Sequence record: NC_041972.1
Direction: 5' to 3' (one strand)
DNA length: 64,000 bases
The notes beneath the pieces were generated by a model. The model saw nothing but the letters and a program-made list of their open reading frames with translations. It did not search any database and was not told the origin of the DNA. The translations under genes were made by a program, and so were the position numbers. Positions 37,594-50,740 of the stretch are shown here, piece by piece (position 1 is the first letter of the stretch; every line of letters begins with the position of its first letter).

Positions 37594-38979
37594 ATGTCTT
37601 TACACCAAAAGCTCCTCTCTGCCGGGCTGGAGGCGTTTGACGCGCCTCCGGCTGCCCCGGTAGTAGCGGCAGTAGTACCTGCTCCATTTGATAACAACGC
37701 CCCGGTTAGCGAAGACCCGGAACTGATTCGTGAAGAGACTGCTGCCCGTTTAGCGCTCGTGTCGATCATCGAAGCGGAACGTGACGAAGAAGACTCTCGG
37801 TCTGCGGTTTATGAACTGCGTCGTCTGTCTGATGGTTTGGAAGGGTTGATGGTTGAGATTCAAAACGTCAACAACCCAGAAGAACCGACTGAAGACGAAA
37901 TGGCGATGTTGAAAGCCACCGCCCAGCAAGTACGTAAAGAGCTGCTGGAAGATGGTGAGCAAGAACTCGTCATCAATGTCGAAAACGGCATTCTGGTTGG
38001 TTCACAGGAAGGCCTGGCTGACGCCCTCAGTAATGTGGCGAAGAAGATCGGTTTTGCATTAGGTAATGCCGCGAAAGGTTTACTGAGCAAAGGCGAGCAG
38101 GCGAAAGCGCCGTTGTCTTATAACCGTAAACTGACAGCTGAACTGAAAGCGAAAATCGATAAGCTCGGCACGACTGAATTTGACTTTACCATGCCAGCTG
38201 ATCTGGTCCGTCAGATTCGTGTGAGCGATACCGGTCCGGTTGATGCACTCAAAGCAGTAGCAGACTTCCCAGCAGCACTTGATGCCTGGTATCTGACCCC
38301 TGCTGATGCAGCAATGAACCTGTTTGAAAAACACGCCAACATCGTGCAGGCGATTGCCGGTAGCAAGACTCTCGAAGAGTTCAACACGAACTATGCGAAG
38401 CTCGGCTCCCTAACACCACCACTTCCTGCGGGCGCTAAACGTCTTGATCCGATTAACACGCGGGATTATATCTTCGATGTTAGTGAACATCACCCAAGCA
38501 TGGGTCGTGTGGCTCGCTACTATTATGTTGCGCGTCCGGATGTGGGTAAAACGCCTGAAGATAAAGCGCTGGATAATGTCATTGCTTTGGCGCAGTATTC
38601 GACCGGGATCTATCCGTTCGATAAGATCTCTAAACGTAAAGCAACTGATGAGCAGGTGAAGTTCAGTGCGGCTGAAGTCAAAGGCTTGCTGGATGACATG
38701 CTGAAAGCGTGTGACGTGGTTGATAAGTACCTTTCACGTCTTGCAGTCGCCAGCACAATGGATAAGCGCTACAACGCTCTGGTTGATTTACTCAATAGCG
38801 ACTTGCGTAAACAAGAGTGGTGTTCCACAGAAGTCAACCGCATGGCACGCGTTGCGTTGATTTCAATGGATGCGTATTATTCGTACGGGTTTGCTTATAC
38901 CAGCCGTGCTTACGAACTGATGGATGTGATCGTCAAGTTGGTGAAGAAAGCCGTGTATAAATCTGACCTCAGTAAGTAA
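37594..38979 (+). CDS. Inner-head/ejection protein, paralog 2
   Basis: AGLE|AFD start motif shared with neighbours; GLE|G and SQE|G sites. Confidence 0.8.
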   Translation: MSLHQKLLSAGLEAFDAPPAAPVVAAVVPAPFDNNAPVSEDPELIREETAARLALVSIIEAERDEEDSRSAVYELRRLSDGLEGLMVEIQNVNNPEEPTEDEMAMLKATAQQVRKELLEDGEQELVINVENGILVGSQEGLADALSNVAKKIGFALGNAAKGLLSKGEQAKAPLSYNRKLTAELKAKIDKLGTTEFDFTMPADLVRQIRVSDTGPVDALKAVADFPAALDAWYLTPADAAMNLFEKHANIVQAIAGSKTLEEFNTNYAKLGSLTPPLPAGAKRLDPINTRDYIFDVSEHHPSMGRVARYYYVARPDVGKTPEDKALDNVIALAQYSTGIYPFDKISKRKATDEQVKFSAAEVKGLLDDMLKACDVVDKYLSRLAVASTMDKRYNALVDLLNSDLRKQEWCSTEVNRMARVALISMDAYYSYGFAYTSRAYELMDVIVKLVKKAVYKSDLSK

Positions 38980-38990
38980 ACGGAGAAAAC

Positions 38991-40361
38991 ATGTCCGCGA
39001 TTAATGACTTTCTATTTACTGCGGGCATGGAGGGGTTTAACGACCCCTCCTCTATACCGCCCGTTGGTATAGTTGTGCCCTTTTTTGGTGTTGAAGAGTT
39101 CGCTGAAGCGGATGCTGAACAATCTGTACGTATGACAGAGATGAACCAGCAAGCTGAAGCAATTCAACGTCTGCAACAAACGCTGGTCTACATCAACGCT
39201 CACCGCCCAACCTTTGACCGTGAGAACGCCGCTGTCGTGCAGCAAGCGCTGGGTGAAGTACAGGTACTGATGCCTGACATGGAAGACCCGGTCACCATCA
39301 TGGGGTCGCTGGAGCATTATACCCCGGCTTACACCAACCACTTGCTTGCGCACGGTATTGAAGGCATTGGTGATAAGATCCTGAGCGTGGTCAAGAAGAT
39401 CATCGAACTCTTGAAGAAAGGTTATGCCTTCTTGAGTAAAGCCATCCAGGCAAAGGGTGTGGTCTTCGGTAAACAGAAGCGCGAACTCGATGAGCTCAAT
39501 GCATGGTTTAAAGATCAACGCAAAAGCAACGATAAACCCGCTACCACCACCGGTAATGAACCTAAGGTTGTTACGGTCACTGCCCCGACCTATCTGTACA
39601 CCGTCGACAGTAACAAACCGTTAGCGGCGGATCGCTTAGCAAGCGAAGTGGCGAAGTACAACAAATTCCTGCAGGCCTTCTCGGTTGATTTCATCCGGGC
39701 GCATATTACCCTGGGTGATCTCTATATTCGTGCACTGGGCAGTCTGGATATCGCCAGCACCAGTAACGAAGAGTTGTTCACCAAGATGTTTAAGGGTCAG
39801 TTTAAATACCAGGCCTCGGGTGCATCGCTGTACACCAAACGCAACGGCGAGATGTGTGATATCGAAACAGTCGGGTTGATTGGCGGGATTGGCTTTAAAG
39901 CCTCCATCGCGAATATCCTGGTCGCACCGCTTGAGATGACTGCAGACGGTTCTAACCAGCGTAAGTTCTTCAAGCAGATGAACGGGTTATACAACTACAG
40001 TTTTGTCTCCAAAATAAAAATGGATGGCAGTACGGTAGGGAATACCCCAATCTATGCTTGCAGTCTCGCTGACGCTGAGCGGTTGGTGAATCAACTTGAT
40101 ATGTTGACCAACTGGATGATTAACAGTCAACACGACGAAGAGATCCGTGACTTTAATAAGCGGGTGACTGAGTGTGTGGATAAGCTGGCTGATCGTGCCG
40201 GTCGTCTGGGTAATGACCGCAGTGATTTTATCACTACTGTGATCAACGCCTTGTCTGGTATCTCCAGTGGTCTGGAAAATGTGTCTCGTGGCATGAATCA
40301 GCAAACGAACACATTGATCAACAACTTGCGTGAGTACGTTACCAAATCCACGAAAGCGTAA
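38991..40361 (+). CDS. Inner-head/ejection protein, paralog 3
   Basis: AGME|GF, SLE|H and GIE|G sites, then IKKIIELL-type helix. Confidence 0.8.
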   Translation: MSAINDFLFTAGMEGFNDPSSIPPVGIVVPFFGVEEFAEADAEQSVRMTEMNQQAEAIQRLQQTLVYINAHRPTFDRENAAVVQQALGEVQVLMPDMEDPVTIMGSLEHYTPAYTNHLLAHGIEGIGDKILSVVKKIIELLKKGYAFLSKAIQAKGVVFGKQKRELDELNAWFKDQRKSNDKPATTTGNEPKVVTVTAPTYLYTVDSNKPLAADRLASEVAKYNKFLQAFSVDFIRAHITLGDLYIRALGSLDIASTSNEELFTKMFKGQFKYQASGASLYTKRNGEMCDIETVGLIGGIGFKASIANILVAPLEMTADGSNQRKFFKQMNGLYNYSFVSKIKMDGSTVGNTPIYACSLADAERLVNQLDMLTNWMINSQHDEEIRDFNKRVTECVDKLADRAGRLGNDRSDFITTVINALSGISSGLENVSRGMNQQTNTLINNLREYVTKSTKA

Positions 40362-40454
40362 ATTATTATATGTGTTAACGGCCCTGCAGGAAACGCGGGG
40401 CCTTATCACAATACGATCGTATTTAATTTCATGAAATTAAGGTAGAGACTCACT

Positions 40455-41810
40455 ATGTCTATTCAAGCATTTTTAAACCTCGGCGCCGAGGCTTTCGAAG
40501 ACGCACCGGTTGTTGAAGAAGCACCGGTTGTAGTTGTTGCACCAGTACCAGAAGAAGTGATCGAGCTGATTGCCGAGCGTGATGATTCGAACATCGCCCT
40601 GGCTATTGCTCAGGATGCGGCGGCAATGTCTGCTGCTGAGCGTCAGGTGGAAGAGTTTGCTTCCGCAATCGAGCGCGTTGAAAATGTCCAGGCATCAATG
40701 GAGCACTTCATCGAAGCGGGCCTGTCGCAGAAATCAGCAATGATGCTGCATCGCCAGATCTCAACAGTTATGGCATCTGTCGGCAAGGATGGCAGCGCCA
40801 TCGGTGGCGGTCTGGAAAACTTCGACAACGAAGAAGCCAGCATTGCACTGCTGACCGCTGGTCTGGAAGCACTGGATGCCGAGAAAGCCGATCTGTCCTC
40901 CCGTGCCGGTGCATCTATTGCCGGTATCGCTGGTAACATTAAAAGCTTTCTGGGCAACATCAGTACTCAGGCCGGTCGTTATAAACTGCGTGCTGAAGCG
41001 ATCGTTAAATCTGCTGACGGCGCTGAAGCCAAGTCCGGTACTGTTGAAGTAAAAGATAAACACCTGGTTGTAAAAGGTGGCAATCCATCAACTAACCTGA
41101 AAGGCGATCTGGGTAACTTCAGCAAGCTGGTTGGTGCGGCAATCGCTACCTTCATCGAAGGCGATATCGTTAAAGAAGGCAGCGCCCTGGCAAAAGCTGG
41201 CGAGACCATCATTAAAGCGACTACCGCTGATGTGGCAGTGAAAGCTGCAATGGGTGTGAAACACAATCCATTCCCGGGCGCAACCATCGCAGTGCAGGAC
41301 AAAGACACCTTCAGTATCAAACGTACTGAAGTGGTTCTCGGCGGCTATGCGGTATTCGATCTGCAATATAAAGCCACCGGCGGCGAAGGTGCTGAAGCAG
41401 CTGTTGCGCATCTGAATGCACTGAGCAAAAACCGCGTTACTCTTCGTCAGGCTCCAGTTGAAGCTGGTAGCGAGAAAGTATTCTCTGCCACTATGTCTCC
41501 GGCCGATGGCGCAGCACTGGCGAAAGATGTTATCGCAATGCTGGACAACATCACAGCGGTCAATAACCGTAGCCTGGGTGCGGTAAGTGGTGCACTGGCC
41601 CGTCTGGGTACCAGCGTTGTGTTGAAAGGTGCTGTGGCGAAAGACGCAGACAAAGACGTGAAGAAAATTGCTGGTGCCATGGGTAAAACCCTGGTTGGTT
41701 CTATCCAGGCTGTTAACAGTCTGCCACGCGATGCCCTGAGCGCTGCGCTGAAAGTGTCTGATGCTGTACTGAAAGTTGCTAAGAAAGCTGCTGCAGGTCA
41801 AGTAGACTAA
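40455..41810 (+). CDS. Inner-head/ejection protein, paralog 4 (strongly biased codons, probably high copy)
   Basis: GAE|AFE, SME|H, GLE|N and GLE|A sites; Ala/Gly-rich mature part. Confidence 0.8.
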   Translation: MSIQAFLNLGAEAFEDAPVVEEAPVVVVAPVPEEVIELIAERDDSNIALAIAQDAAAMSAAERQVEEFASAIERVENVQASMEHFIEAGLSQKSAMMLHRQISTVMASVGKDGSAIGGGLENFDNEEASIALLTAGLEALDAEKADLSSRAGASIAGIAGNIKSFLGNISTQAGRYKLRAEAIVKSADGAEAKSGTVEVKDKHLVVKGGNPSTNLKGDLGNFSKLVGAAIATFIEGDIVKEGSALAKAGETIIKATTADVAVKAAMGVKHNPFPGATIAVQDKDTFSIKRTEVVLGGYAVFDLQYKATGGEGAEAAVAHLNALSKNRVTLRQAPVEAGSEKVFSATMSPADGAALAKDVIAMLDNITAVNNRSLGAVSGALARLGTSVVLKGAVAKDADKDVKKIAGAMGKTLVGSIQAVNSLPRDALSAALKVSDAVLKVAKKAAAGQVD

Positions 41811-41828
41811 TCGAGTAACTTGACAACC

Positions 41829-41865
41829 TTAGGGGGAGAGGGGTTTCCCTCTCCTCTTATACCGA
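41829..41865 (+). terminator. Hairpin plus TTATACCG variant
   Basis: agggggagagggg-ttt-ccctctcctc-ttataccga. Confidence 0.7.
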
Positions 41866-41881
41866 CCAAGAAGGTGAATGC

Positions 41882-44224
41882 ATGTCAACCATGACAGAAC
41901 TGGGTCCGTCACAAGGCACACTCCTTGCGGATGAGAAAGCAGTACACGATGACGCGGCCACCGAAGCCACCGAAGTTGCACTCCACGTATTAAAGAAGAT
42001 TGGTAAGAAGAAAGAGAAAGATGACGAGGATGAAGAGGTCGTGCTCTCCTTTGGTAGCGAAGGCTATGCCATGCTCACCAGTATGTCATTTGATCTGACT
42101 GAGAACTCCGATCTGGCCGTACAGGAACTCCTGGATAAGATCACCACCATCGTCATTGAAGCAAATGGCAATCTCACGCAGAAAGATCTGGAGAAGATCA
42201 AGAGTGTGGGGAATGAGTCGTTATTAGGCGATGGGAATGAAGACTATAAAGAAGTCGTCACCATGGTCATGAAACGGATCATGCAATTCATTCGCTGGGC
42301 GATCAACCAGGGTAAGGAAGGGATCAAACGGGTTGCTGACCGCTTGAGTCGTCTGAGCGTGAAGACGATGTATGTTGAGCGTAAGATCGATATCTCCACT
42401 GACAACTCATTGCCGACTGACAAGTTTGTGTTACCGCGCAGCTATCCAATGCTGATGATGGTGAACAAACCACCGGCCAATGCCATGGAAGTGATTAACG
42501 CCGTCAACCGCACCAAGTATCTCTTCACCACGCTACATAACGACTACCAAGGCTTCCAGGCGTTGTTTAAGGCAGCGGTAGCCACTGGCTCTCGGGCTGA
42601 CACCTTAGAGATGATCAACAACTATCTCAACGGGTTGATCAGTAAGCTCTCAGCACGCCCTAACCCACTGTTCGATAACCGCAATACCTTTAACCAGTTA
42701 CCGGGTGGGTATCGTCTGGTGTTCTCAGAAGGTCAGTCGTTTGCGGATTGTGGGGCAACGATCCTGCGTACGCCGGAGAAATACGAAGCCGCACCGGCGG
42801 TTCAGCGTCCAGATAAAGCGAGTCTGGTACGGTTGGTCAGTGAGATCAAAACCTACCTGCGGGTGATTAACGAAGTCTACGGTAAAGTCTCCAGTCGGTT
42901 GGAGGTTGATTTCCGTAACATCGTGAAAGCCGCTGAGAAAGAAGTGAAGGGGTTTGATTCAACAGCAGATATCCGCACTGCCTCGACCACCATCGAATGG
43001 TTCACCGAACAGCAGTCACGCCTGTATACCCGCTCAATGATGCTCTCTTGTACGGTATTGAATGCCGCGCTTGATTACTGTCTGGGTGCCATTGGGGCGA
43101 AACCGGCTGTCGGGACCGAAAGCTTTGATATCCTTGATACCTCATCAATGGGTTATGCGATCGAGTCGCTGGGCGAGCAAATGGAACGGCTTGACGCTGG
43201 CTTGTGTGAACTGGAGATCGATGCCCGTACTATGCAGTCGATTACCGATGTCAAAGAGATGGTAGATGTCGATAACGATCACGTCATCCAGCTTCTGATG
43301 CAACAGCGCCCAAGCAGCTATTTCAATCCACCGGATGGACTGTCAGAGTACTCGCTGGGTGATGCCTTTAACGGCAGTGCTACGGCACGTTATATTGGCA
43401 GGCGTTTAACCAGTATCGTTAACCTCACGAATCAGCTCTCAGGCACCACGGATTTGATGAAAGGGTTATTGGCTGAAATGCCAACGGGTGAGATCAAGCC
43501 AGGCAGTGATGCGGATGTAATCGAGCGTAACTCGTTGCTTGACCGGGAGATGTTTGAAGGTCATCCCCTGTGTGCGTTCCTGCATCGGGTAGACCGGGAA
43601 GGTATCTACGCCACCGATGTGATTCGCTATGTTACTGACACCTATGAGAAACTGCGTCAAGTGCGCACGACTCTGGCGGTTCAGGCTGAGCAGATGACAC
43701 TAACAGTGGCTGATGGTGAGATGAACGTGAGCTTGTTGAAAGAGTTCCTGTTTAACGCCCCTCAGGAGCCCTTCACGGACAGCGTACTCTGTGGTGGATT
43801 CAGACTACAACCTGTAGCAGAAAAGCTCGGAGAACTCGTTATACACGGTGCTGTGATGGATTCCCCTCCACCACTGAAACCGATGACGACTATCCATCGC
43901 CCAAGCTACGACGAGTATAATGGTGTCAACCAGCTGGCAAGCCTGTTCGGTAATGAACTGCGGGAACTGGCTAAGATCGCAGAGCGGCTACAAATCGGCA
44001 CAGGGTATTTGCGCTACATCACAACCTCAGTAGCGGACAACCTCAATGAGGATGGCTTGAAAGGGGGTGGTGATGGTTGGTTCAATACTGCACTTGAGTA
44101 CTTGGCGGTGTCAGCACGCCAGTATCGCTGGATGTATCGCCTAACTGTTCAGTTGGCGGTGTATGAACACACCATGATCAATGCCCTGCGTCACTACAAC
44201 AACTCAGGAGGCTGGCATGACTGA
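41882..44224 (+). CDS. Inner-head protein, double-unit paralog 5 (phiKZ gp97-like)
   Basis: 780 aa; N-terminal GSE|G and GNE|S sites, internal GTE|S and AIE|S sites. Confidence 0.75.
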   Translation: MSTMTELGPSQGTLLADEKAVHDDAATEATEVALHVLKKIGKKKEKDDEDEEVVLSFGSEGYAMLTSMSFDLTENSDLAVQELLDKITTIVIEANGNLTQKDLEKIKSVGNESLLGDGNEDYKEVVTMVMKRIMQFIRWAINQGKEGIKRVADRLSRLSVKTMYVERKIDISTDNSLPTDKFVLPRSYPMLMMVNKPPANAMEVINAVNRTKYLFTTLHNDYQGFQALFKAAVATGSRADTLEMINNYLNGLISKLSARPNPLFDNRNTFNQLPGGYRLVFSEGQSFADCGATILRTPEKYEAAPAVQRPDKASLVRLVSEIKTYLRVINEVYGKVSSRLEVDFRNIVKAAEKEVKGFDSTADIRTASTTIEWFTEQQSRLYTRSMMLSCTVLNAALDYCLGAIGAKPAVGTESFDILDTSSMGYAIESLGEQMERLDAGLCELEIDARTMQSITDVKEMVDVDNDHVIQLLMQQRPSSYFNPPDGLSEYSLGDAFNGSATARYIGRRLTSIVNLTNQLSGTTDLMKGLLAEMPTGEIKPGSDADVIERNSLLDREMFEGHPLCAFLHRVDREGIYATDVIRYVTDTYEKLRQVRTTLAVQAEQMTLTVADGEMNVSLLKEFLFNAPQEPFTDSVLCGGFRLQPVAEKLGELVIHGAVMDSPPPLKPMTTIHRPSYDEYNGVNQLASLFGNELRELAKIAERLQIGTGYLRYITTSVADNLNEDGLKGGGDGWFNTALEYLAVSARQYRWMYRLTVQLAVYEHTMINALRHYNNSGGWHD

Positions 44225-44564
44225 TAACAGTAACAAGGCGTTGTATAATGCAGCGCGCTTGCCTGTTCTTTACGAGTACCCGCATGACTTCACCCCGTAT
44301 GCCCGTTTACTGGCTAACGAGAAGCAAGGCGCACAACCTTCGCAGGCGTTTGCTGAGATGCTGGCTAAGGTAACGGGCGATCCCTGGACGCTGACCCCTA
44401 AGCAGCCGTATACCCTGTACGGTGCTAAGGTGACGTTGATTGGTGAGAACCAACCCAACTTCCCAACCAGTAAACGGTTCCCTTACGTCCTGGTGTTGCA
44501 GTTGAGTACCCGGTATCAAGAACGCAAGTTATACCTGAGTTTTAAGATCTTGAAATCGAGCTGA
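44217..44564 (+). CDS. Small virion-associated protein
   Basis: AGGAGG RBS before ATG 44217. Confidence 0.7.
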   Translation: MTDNSNKALYNAARLPVLYEYPHDFTPYARLLANEKQGAQPSQAFAEMLAKVTGDPWTLTPKQPYTLYGAKVTLIGENQPNFPTSKRFPYVLVLQLSTRYQERKLYLSFKILKSS

Positions 44565-44601
44565 GCATAAGGAGAGGGCGTTTGCCCTCTCCTCTATGCC
44601 G
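44565..44601. terminator. Bidirectional hairpin GCATA...TATGCCG
   Basis: gcata-aggagagggc-gttt-gccctctcct-ctatgccg between convergent genes. Confidence 0.8.
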
Positions 44602-45303
44602 TTATGCTTGTGGTGTTTCGCCACTGCCATCAGCTGGCGTGGTATCATCTTCACTGAACGTGTTGGGAATACGAGGCAGATCACCAATCACGGTTGCAGA
44701 GGTTACCGCGTTCTTGAAAGTCCAATAACGCTCAAGGTACGCATTATAAGACTCCAGCAGACGCTCAACCACGTCGATCACTTCAACCGGTAGGAGTTCA
44801 ACCATTTGCCCGTCAACAGTACGCAGACGGAATTTGGTTTCATCGGATGCCCCGACACGTTTCTCACCGACCACACGCATACCCATCAGGTTAGCGCGTT
44901 CTTCAGCGGTCATCACCACTTTGTAGTCTGTGTTGTCATGGGTAAATGCAATACCGGTGTTAAGATCATTACTGATGATCTCTTTGGCACTTTGCAGCGA
45001 CATGTCTTTACCCATTGCCAGGTTGGCTGCGAGCTCTTCTTCGTTATAAGCCCGCACATCCCAGAACTGGTAATAAAGACCGTCATCACCTTTAACCGGT
45101 GTGCCTTCGGTCACCACATCACCATCCGGCCGATCAACCATGTTGACCATGGCGTAAGGACGAGGAAGGTTCAGCAGCTTCTCAGACTCGATGGTGCTAC
45201 CCCAGCTGGTCTGCATGTTGTCCTGGCGGGCATCATACATGTACTTCGGGTAAGCCATATCCTCGATACGGACGAGGGGTGTAGAATTCGTTACTGTAGT
45301 CAT
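44602..45303 (-). CDS. Tail-fibre assembly/chaperone-like protein (DUF4376-like C-terminal part)
   Basis: Directly downstream of the fibre; QFWDVRAYNEEELAANL..GIAFT..EERANLMG pattern; AAGGAG RBS. Confidence 0.55.
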   Translation of the reverse strand: MTTVTNSTPLVRIEDMAYPKYMYDARQDNMQTSWGSTIESEKLLNLPRPYAMVNMVDRPDGDVVTEGTPVKGDDGLYYQFWDVRAYNEEELAANLAMGKDMSLQSAKEIISNDLNTGIAFTHDNTDYKVVMTAEERANLMGMRVVGEKRVGASDETKFRLRTVDGQMVELLPVEVIDVVERLLESYNAYLERYWTFKNAVTSATVIGDLPRIPNTFSEDDTTPADGSGETPQA

Positions 45304-45351
45304 TACGACTCCTTGAAGAATGCTGGGGCTTTCACCCCAGCACAGACGCCG

Positions 45352-48459
<3,108 letters not shown>

Positions 48460-48518
48460 TACAAACCTCTTTTAGTAACTATATTGCTGTTTAGTGTAAA
48501 CGGGTTCACACTCGTGTG

Positions 48519-49052
48519 TTATGCCACGCTTTCAAGCTTCAGTGGCTGGCCGTCTTCAGTTGTGAGCCATTGACCACTTTCAGTCAGCAGGACAGGCTGC
48601 TGCGTCGCACCGGTGTTAATCAGTACCGCAAGGGTACCTTCATAGACGAGGCTGCCTTGGAAGACGATGTCGTGCATGATACGACCTTCGCTGTCCGTGT
48701 TGTTCGCGTCAATGGTGCGATCTGAAATGTCATTGGCTGTGACCTGCAAGCCGTAACGACCGTTTAACGTCGCCAGCAGATCTTTAGTTGTGGATGGAGT
48801 ACTAACAGTGAGTTCTGGAACAATGCCAAAAAACAACGTCGATACCTTGAGTCGGTCGAGGTTGACGATATTGCTCCCAACGTACCCTTTGTCAGCTACA
48901 GCAATAACAGGGATGTCGGTATCGCGTTTACCCGCTCCTGTCACTGGCGTAGGGACACCAAAGTTAATTTGATCAGCCTGGATAGTAAGATTATTATCCT
49001 GGTTAATTTGATCAACGATGATTTGGGCCGATGGCTGATTCAGGATGGTCAT
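48519..49052 (-). CDS. Virion structural protein (fibre-associated)
   Basis: 177 aa, IIVDQINQDN..LLATLNGRYGL; upstream of the fibre in the same operon; GGAG RBS. Confidence 0.65.
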   Translation of the reverse strand: MTILNQPSAQIIVDQINQDNNLTIQADQINFGVPTPVTGAGKRDTDIPVIAVADKGYVGSNIVNLDRLKVSTLFFGIVPELTVSTPSTTKDLLATLNGRYGLQVTANDISDRTIDANNTDSEGRIMHDIVFQGSLVYEGTLAVLINTGATQQPVLLTESGQWLTTEDGQPLKLESVA

Positions 49053-49183
49053 ACTTTTCTCCCGTAAGCGCCGTTTCTGATGATCATATAATAATTTCTT
49101 TTCTACAAAACTAACCTAATCAAATAGGTATTCTGTGGTGAAATCGTATAGACATTAAAAGAAAGGGGATTGAGGATTACATC

Positions 49184-50740
49184 ATGCCCATTGTGACTGA
49201 AGCTACACCTGAGCAACACAAGTCGATTATTCGCCCGGTGGTCATTGAAGTCGTCAACCAGATTCTGCCTGTCATGCGCTTAAGTAATGACGACGAATTG
49301 ATCTTCAATGGTTTTGCGGATATTGCCATGTTGTCAAATTCCATGATCGGTGTGAACCGTAACCCTGACTCGCCCATTCGTCCACCGGGTCCAAGTCAGA
49401 TCATGGTTAATATCGAGGAGAGTGCAACCAGCACCACCTCACCTGAGATGGCGGTACTTTATCCTGAGAACCGGTTTATCATACGTGATGCTCGCCTGGG
49501 GATTGGTATCCGTCCGGTTCGTAAACGCACCTTACTCAACATCACCTTTAATAAACGCTTTCGCTCCAAAGCCGCTGCTGACCGTTGGCATTCCAACATG
49601 GAACAGTTGATGGCCCGTTATGTGCAGGATTATATCCACACCCTGGATTACCACTACAACATCCCTGACGGTATGCTGGTGATGCTCAGTGAGTTCTGGA
49701 AGCTGCGTGAAGCACAAGCACCGTATAACCAGAACTTCGGTGAATGGCTCTCCTCGTGCATGGCGCCGTACCAGACGGTCACCACTAACCAGGCGGGTAA
49801 ACAAGCACAGTTGTCATTTGCTGAATCGTTAGATAACGTGCAGGGGTGGTGGGATTTCGATGTGGTACCCTACCCGGTCCGTGAGAACACCCGTGGGAAC
49901 TGGCAAGTCACCTTCGATTACAAAGTCGAATTTGATAAGGTGATTGAGTTGGTGATGAACTACCCGATCATCATTCATAACCAGATGCTTCCCCCGGAGA
50001 TGATCCCTCAGCCACGCTTACCGAGCTATCGCAACAAAGTATATCAGAAGAACGCGATGATGTATCGGGCCGAAGCCGTACAACAGGAAGTAGAGCCAGC
50101 AAACTACAGCTTGCGTGATTACCTGTGCTACCCGGTGTACGACGACTGGATACCGGAATACATCCCACCGTATCAGATCGTGCAATACACTGCCCAGCTT
50201 GCTGTTGATCCGGCTGACCTGCGGTTGGTGGTTAACTTAAAAGAGTTGGGGGATTATGAGTTCACGGGAGCGGCACTGGAGTACTTGCGCTATGTGAAGA
50301 ACCGGGCTTTCGTCAATACCCGTTCGGTGATTCAGCTGAAGGTGTATGAAGAGGATGTGCTGATCGATTCGGAGAAGCTCACCCTGGACAGTAACCTGGA
50401 TGTGCACTGCGCCTTTGATCTGAACCTGCGTAAATCTTACCACATCATGGTCACCATCGACTCCGACCTGGCAAAACTGTCTGAACAGACCGTCAGTGAG
50501 TTAAAAGAAGATGGCTGGTTTACTGAGAATGTCTTGCAGGTGATCTACCCGCAGTATCTCAATACCCCGGTTTGGCCAAAACCCAATGACCGGGGGACGA
50601 TCTCTGATCTTGCCTGGGATCGGTTTGTGGCGGCACTCTACCCGACCAACCAATGGTACCGCAAGCCGGACATCGCCCAGCTAACGATTGGACAGTTTAC
50701 CATTCTTGCTAAGAAGAGAAACGATCATGGCTATCGCTAA
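49184..50740 (+). CDS. Virion structural protein (neck/tail region)
   Basis: 518 aa; GAGGA RBS; syntenic with phiKZ gp99-101 region (recall). Confidence 0.65.
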   Translation: MPIVTEATPEQHKSIIRPVVIEVVNQILPVMRLSNDDELIFNGFADIAMLSNSMIGVNRNPDSPIRPPGPSQIMVNIEESATSTTSPEMAVLYPENRFIIRDARLGIGIRPVRKRTLLNITFNKRFRSKAAADRWHSNMEQLMARYVQDYIHTLDYHYNIPDGMLVMLSEFWKLREAQAPYNQNFGEWLSSCMAPYQTVTTNQAGKQAQLSFAESLDNVQGWWDFDVVPYPVRENTRGNWQVTFDYKVEFDKVIELVMNYPIIIHNQMLPPEMIPQPRLPSYRNKVYQKNAMMYRAEAVQQEVEPANYSLRDYLCYPVYDDWIPEYIPPYQIVQYTAQLAVDPADLRLVVNLKELGDYEFTGAALEYLRYVKNRAFVNTRSVIQLKVYEEDVLIDSEKLTLDSNLDVHCAFDLNLRKSYHIMVTIDSDLAKLSEQTVSELKEDGWFTENVLQVIYPQYLNTPVWPKPNDRGTISDLAWDRFVAALYPTNQWYRKPDIAQLTIGQFTILAKKRNDHGYR

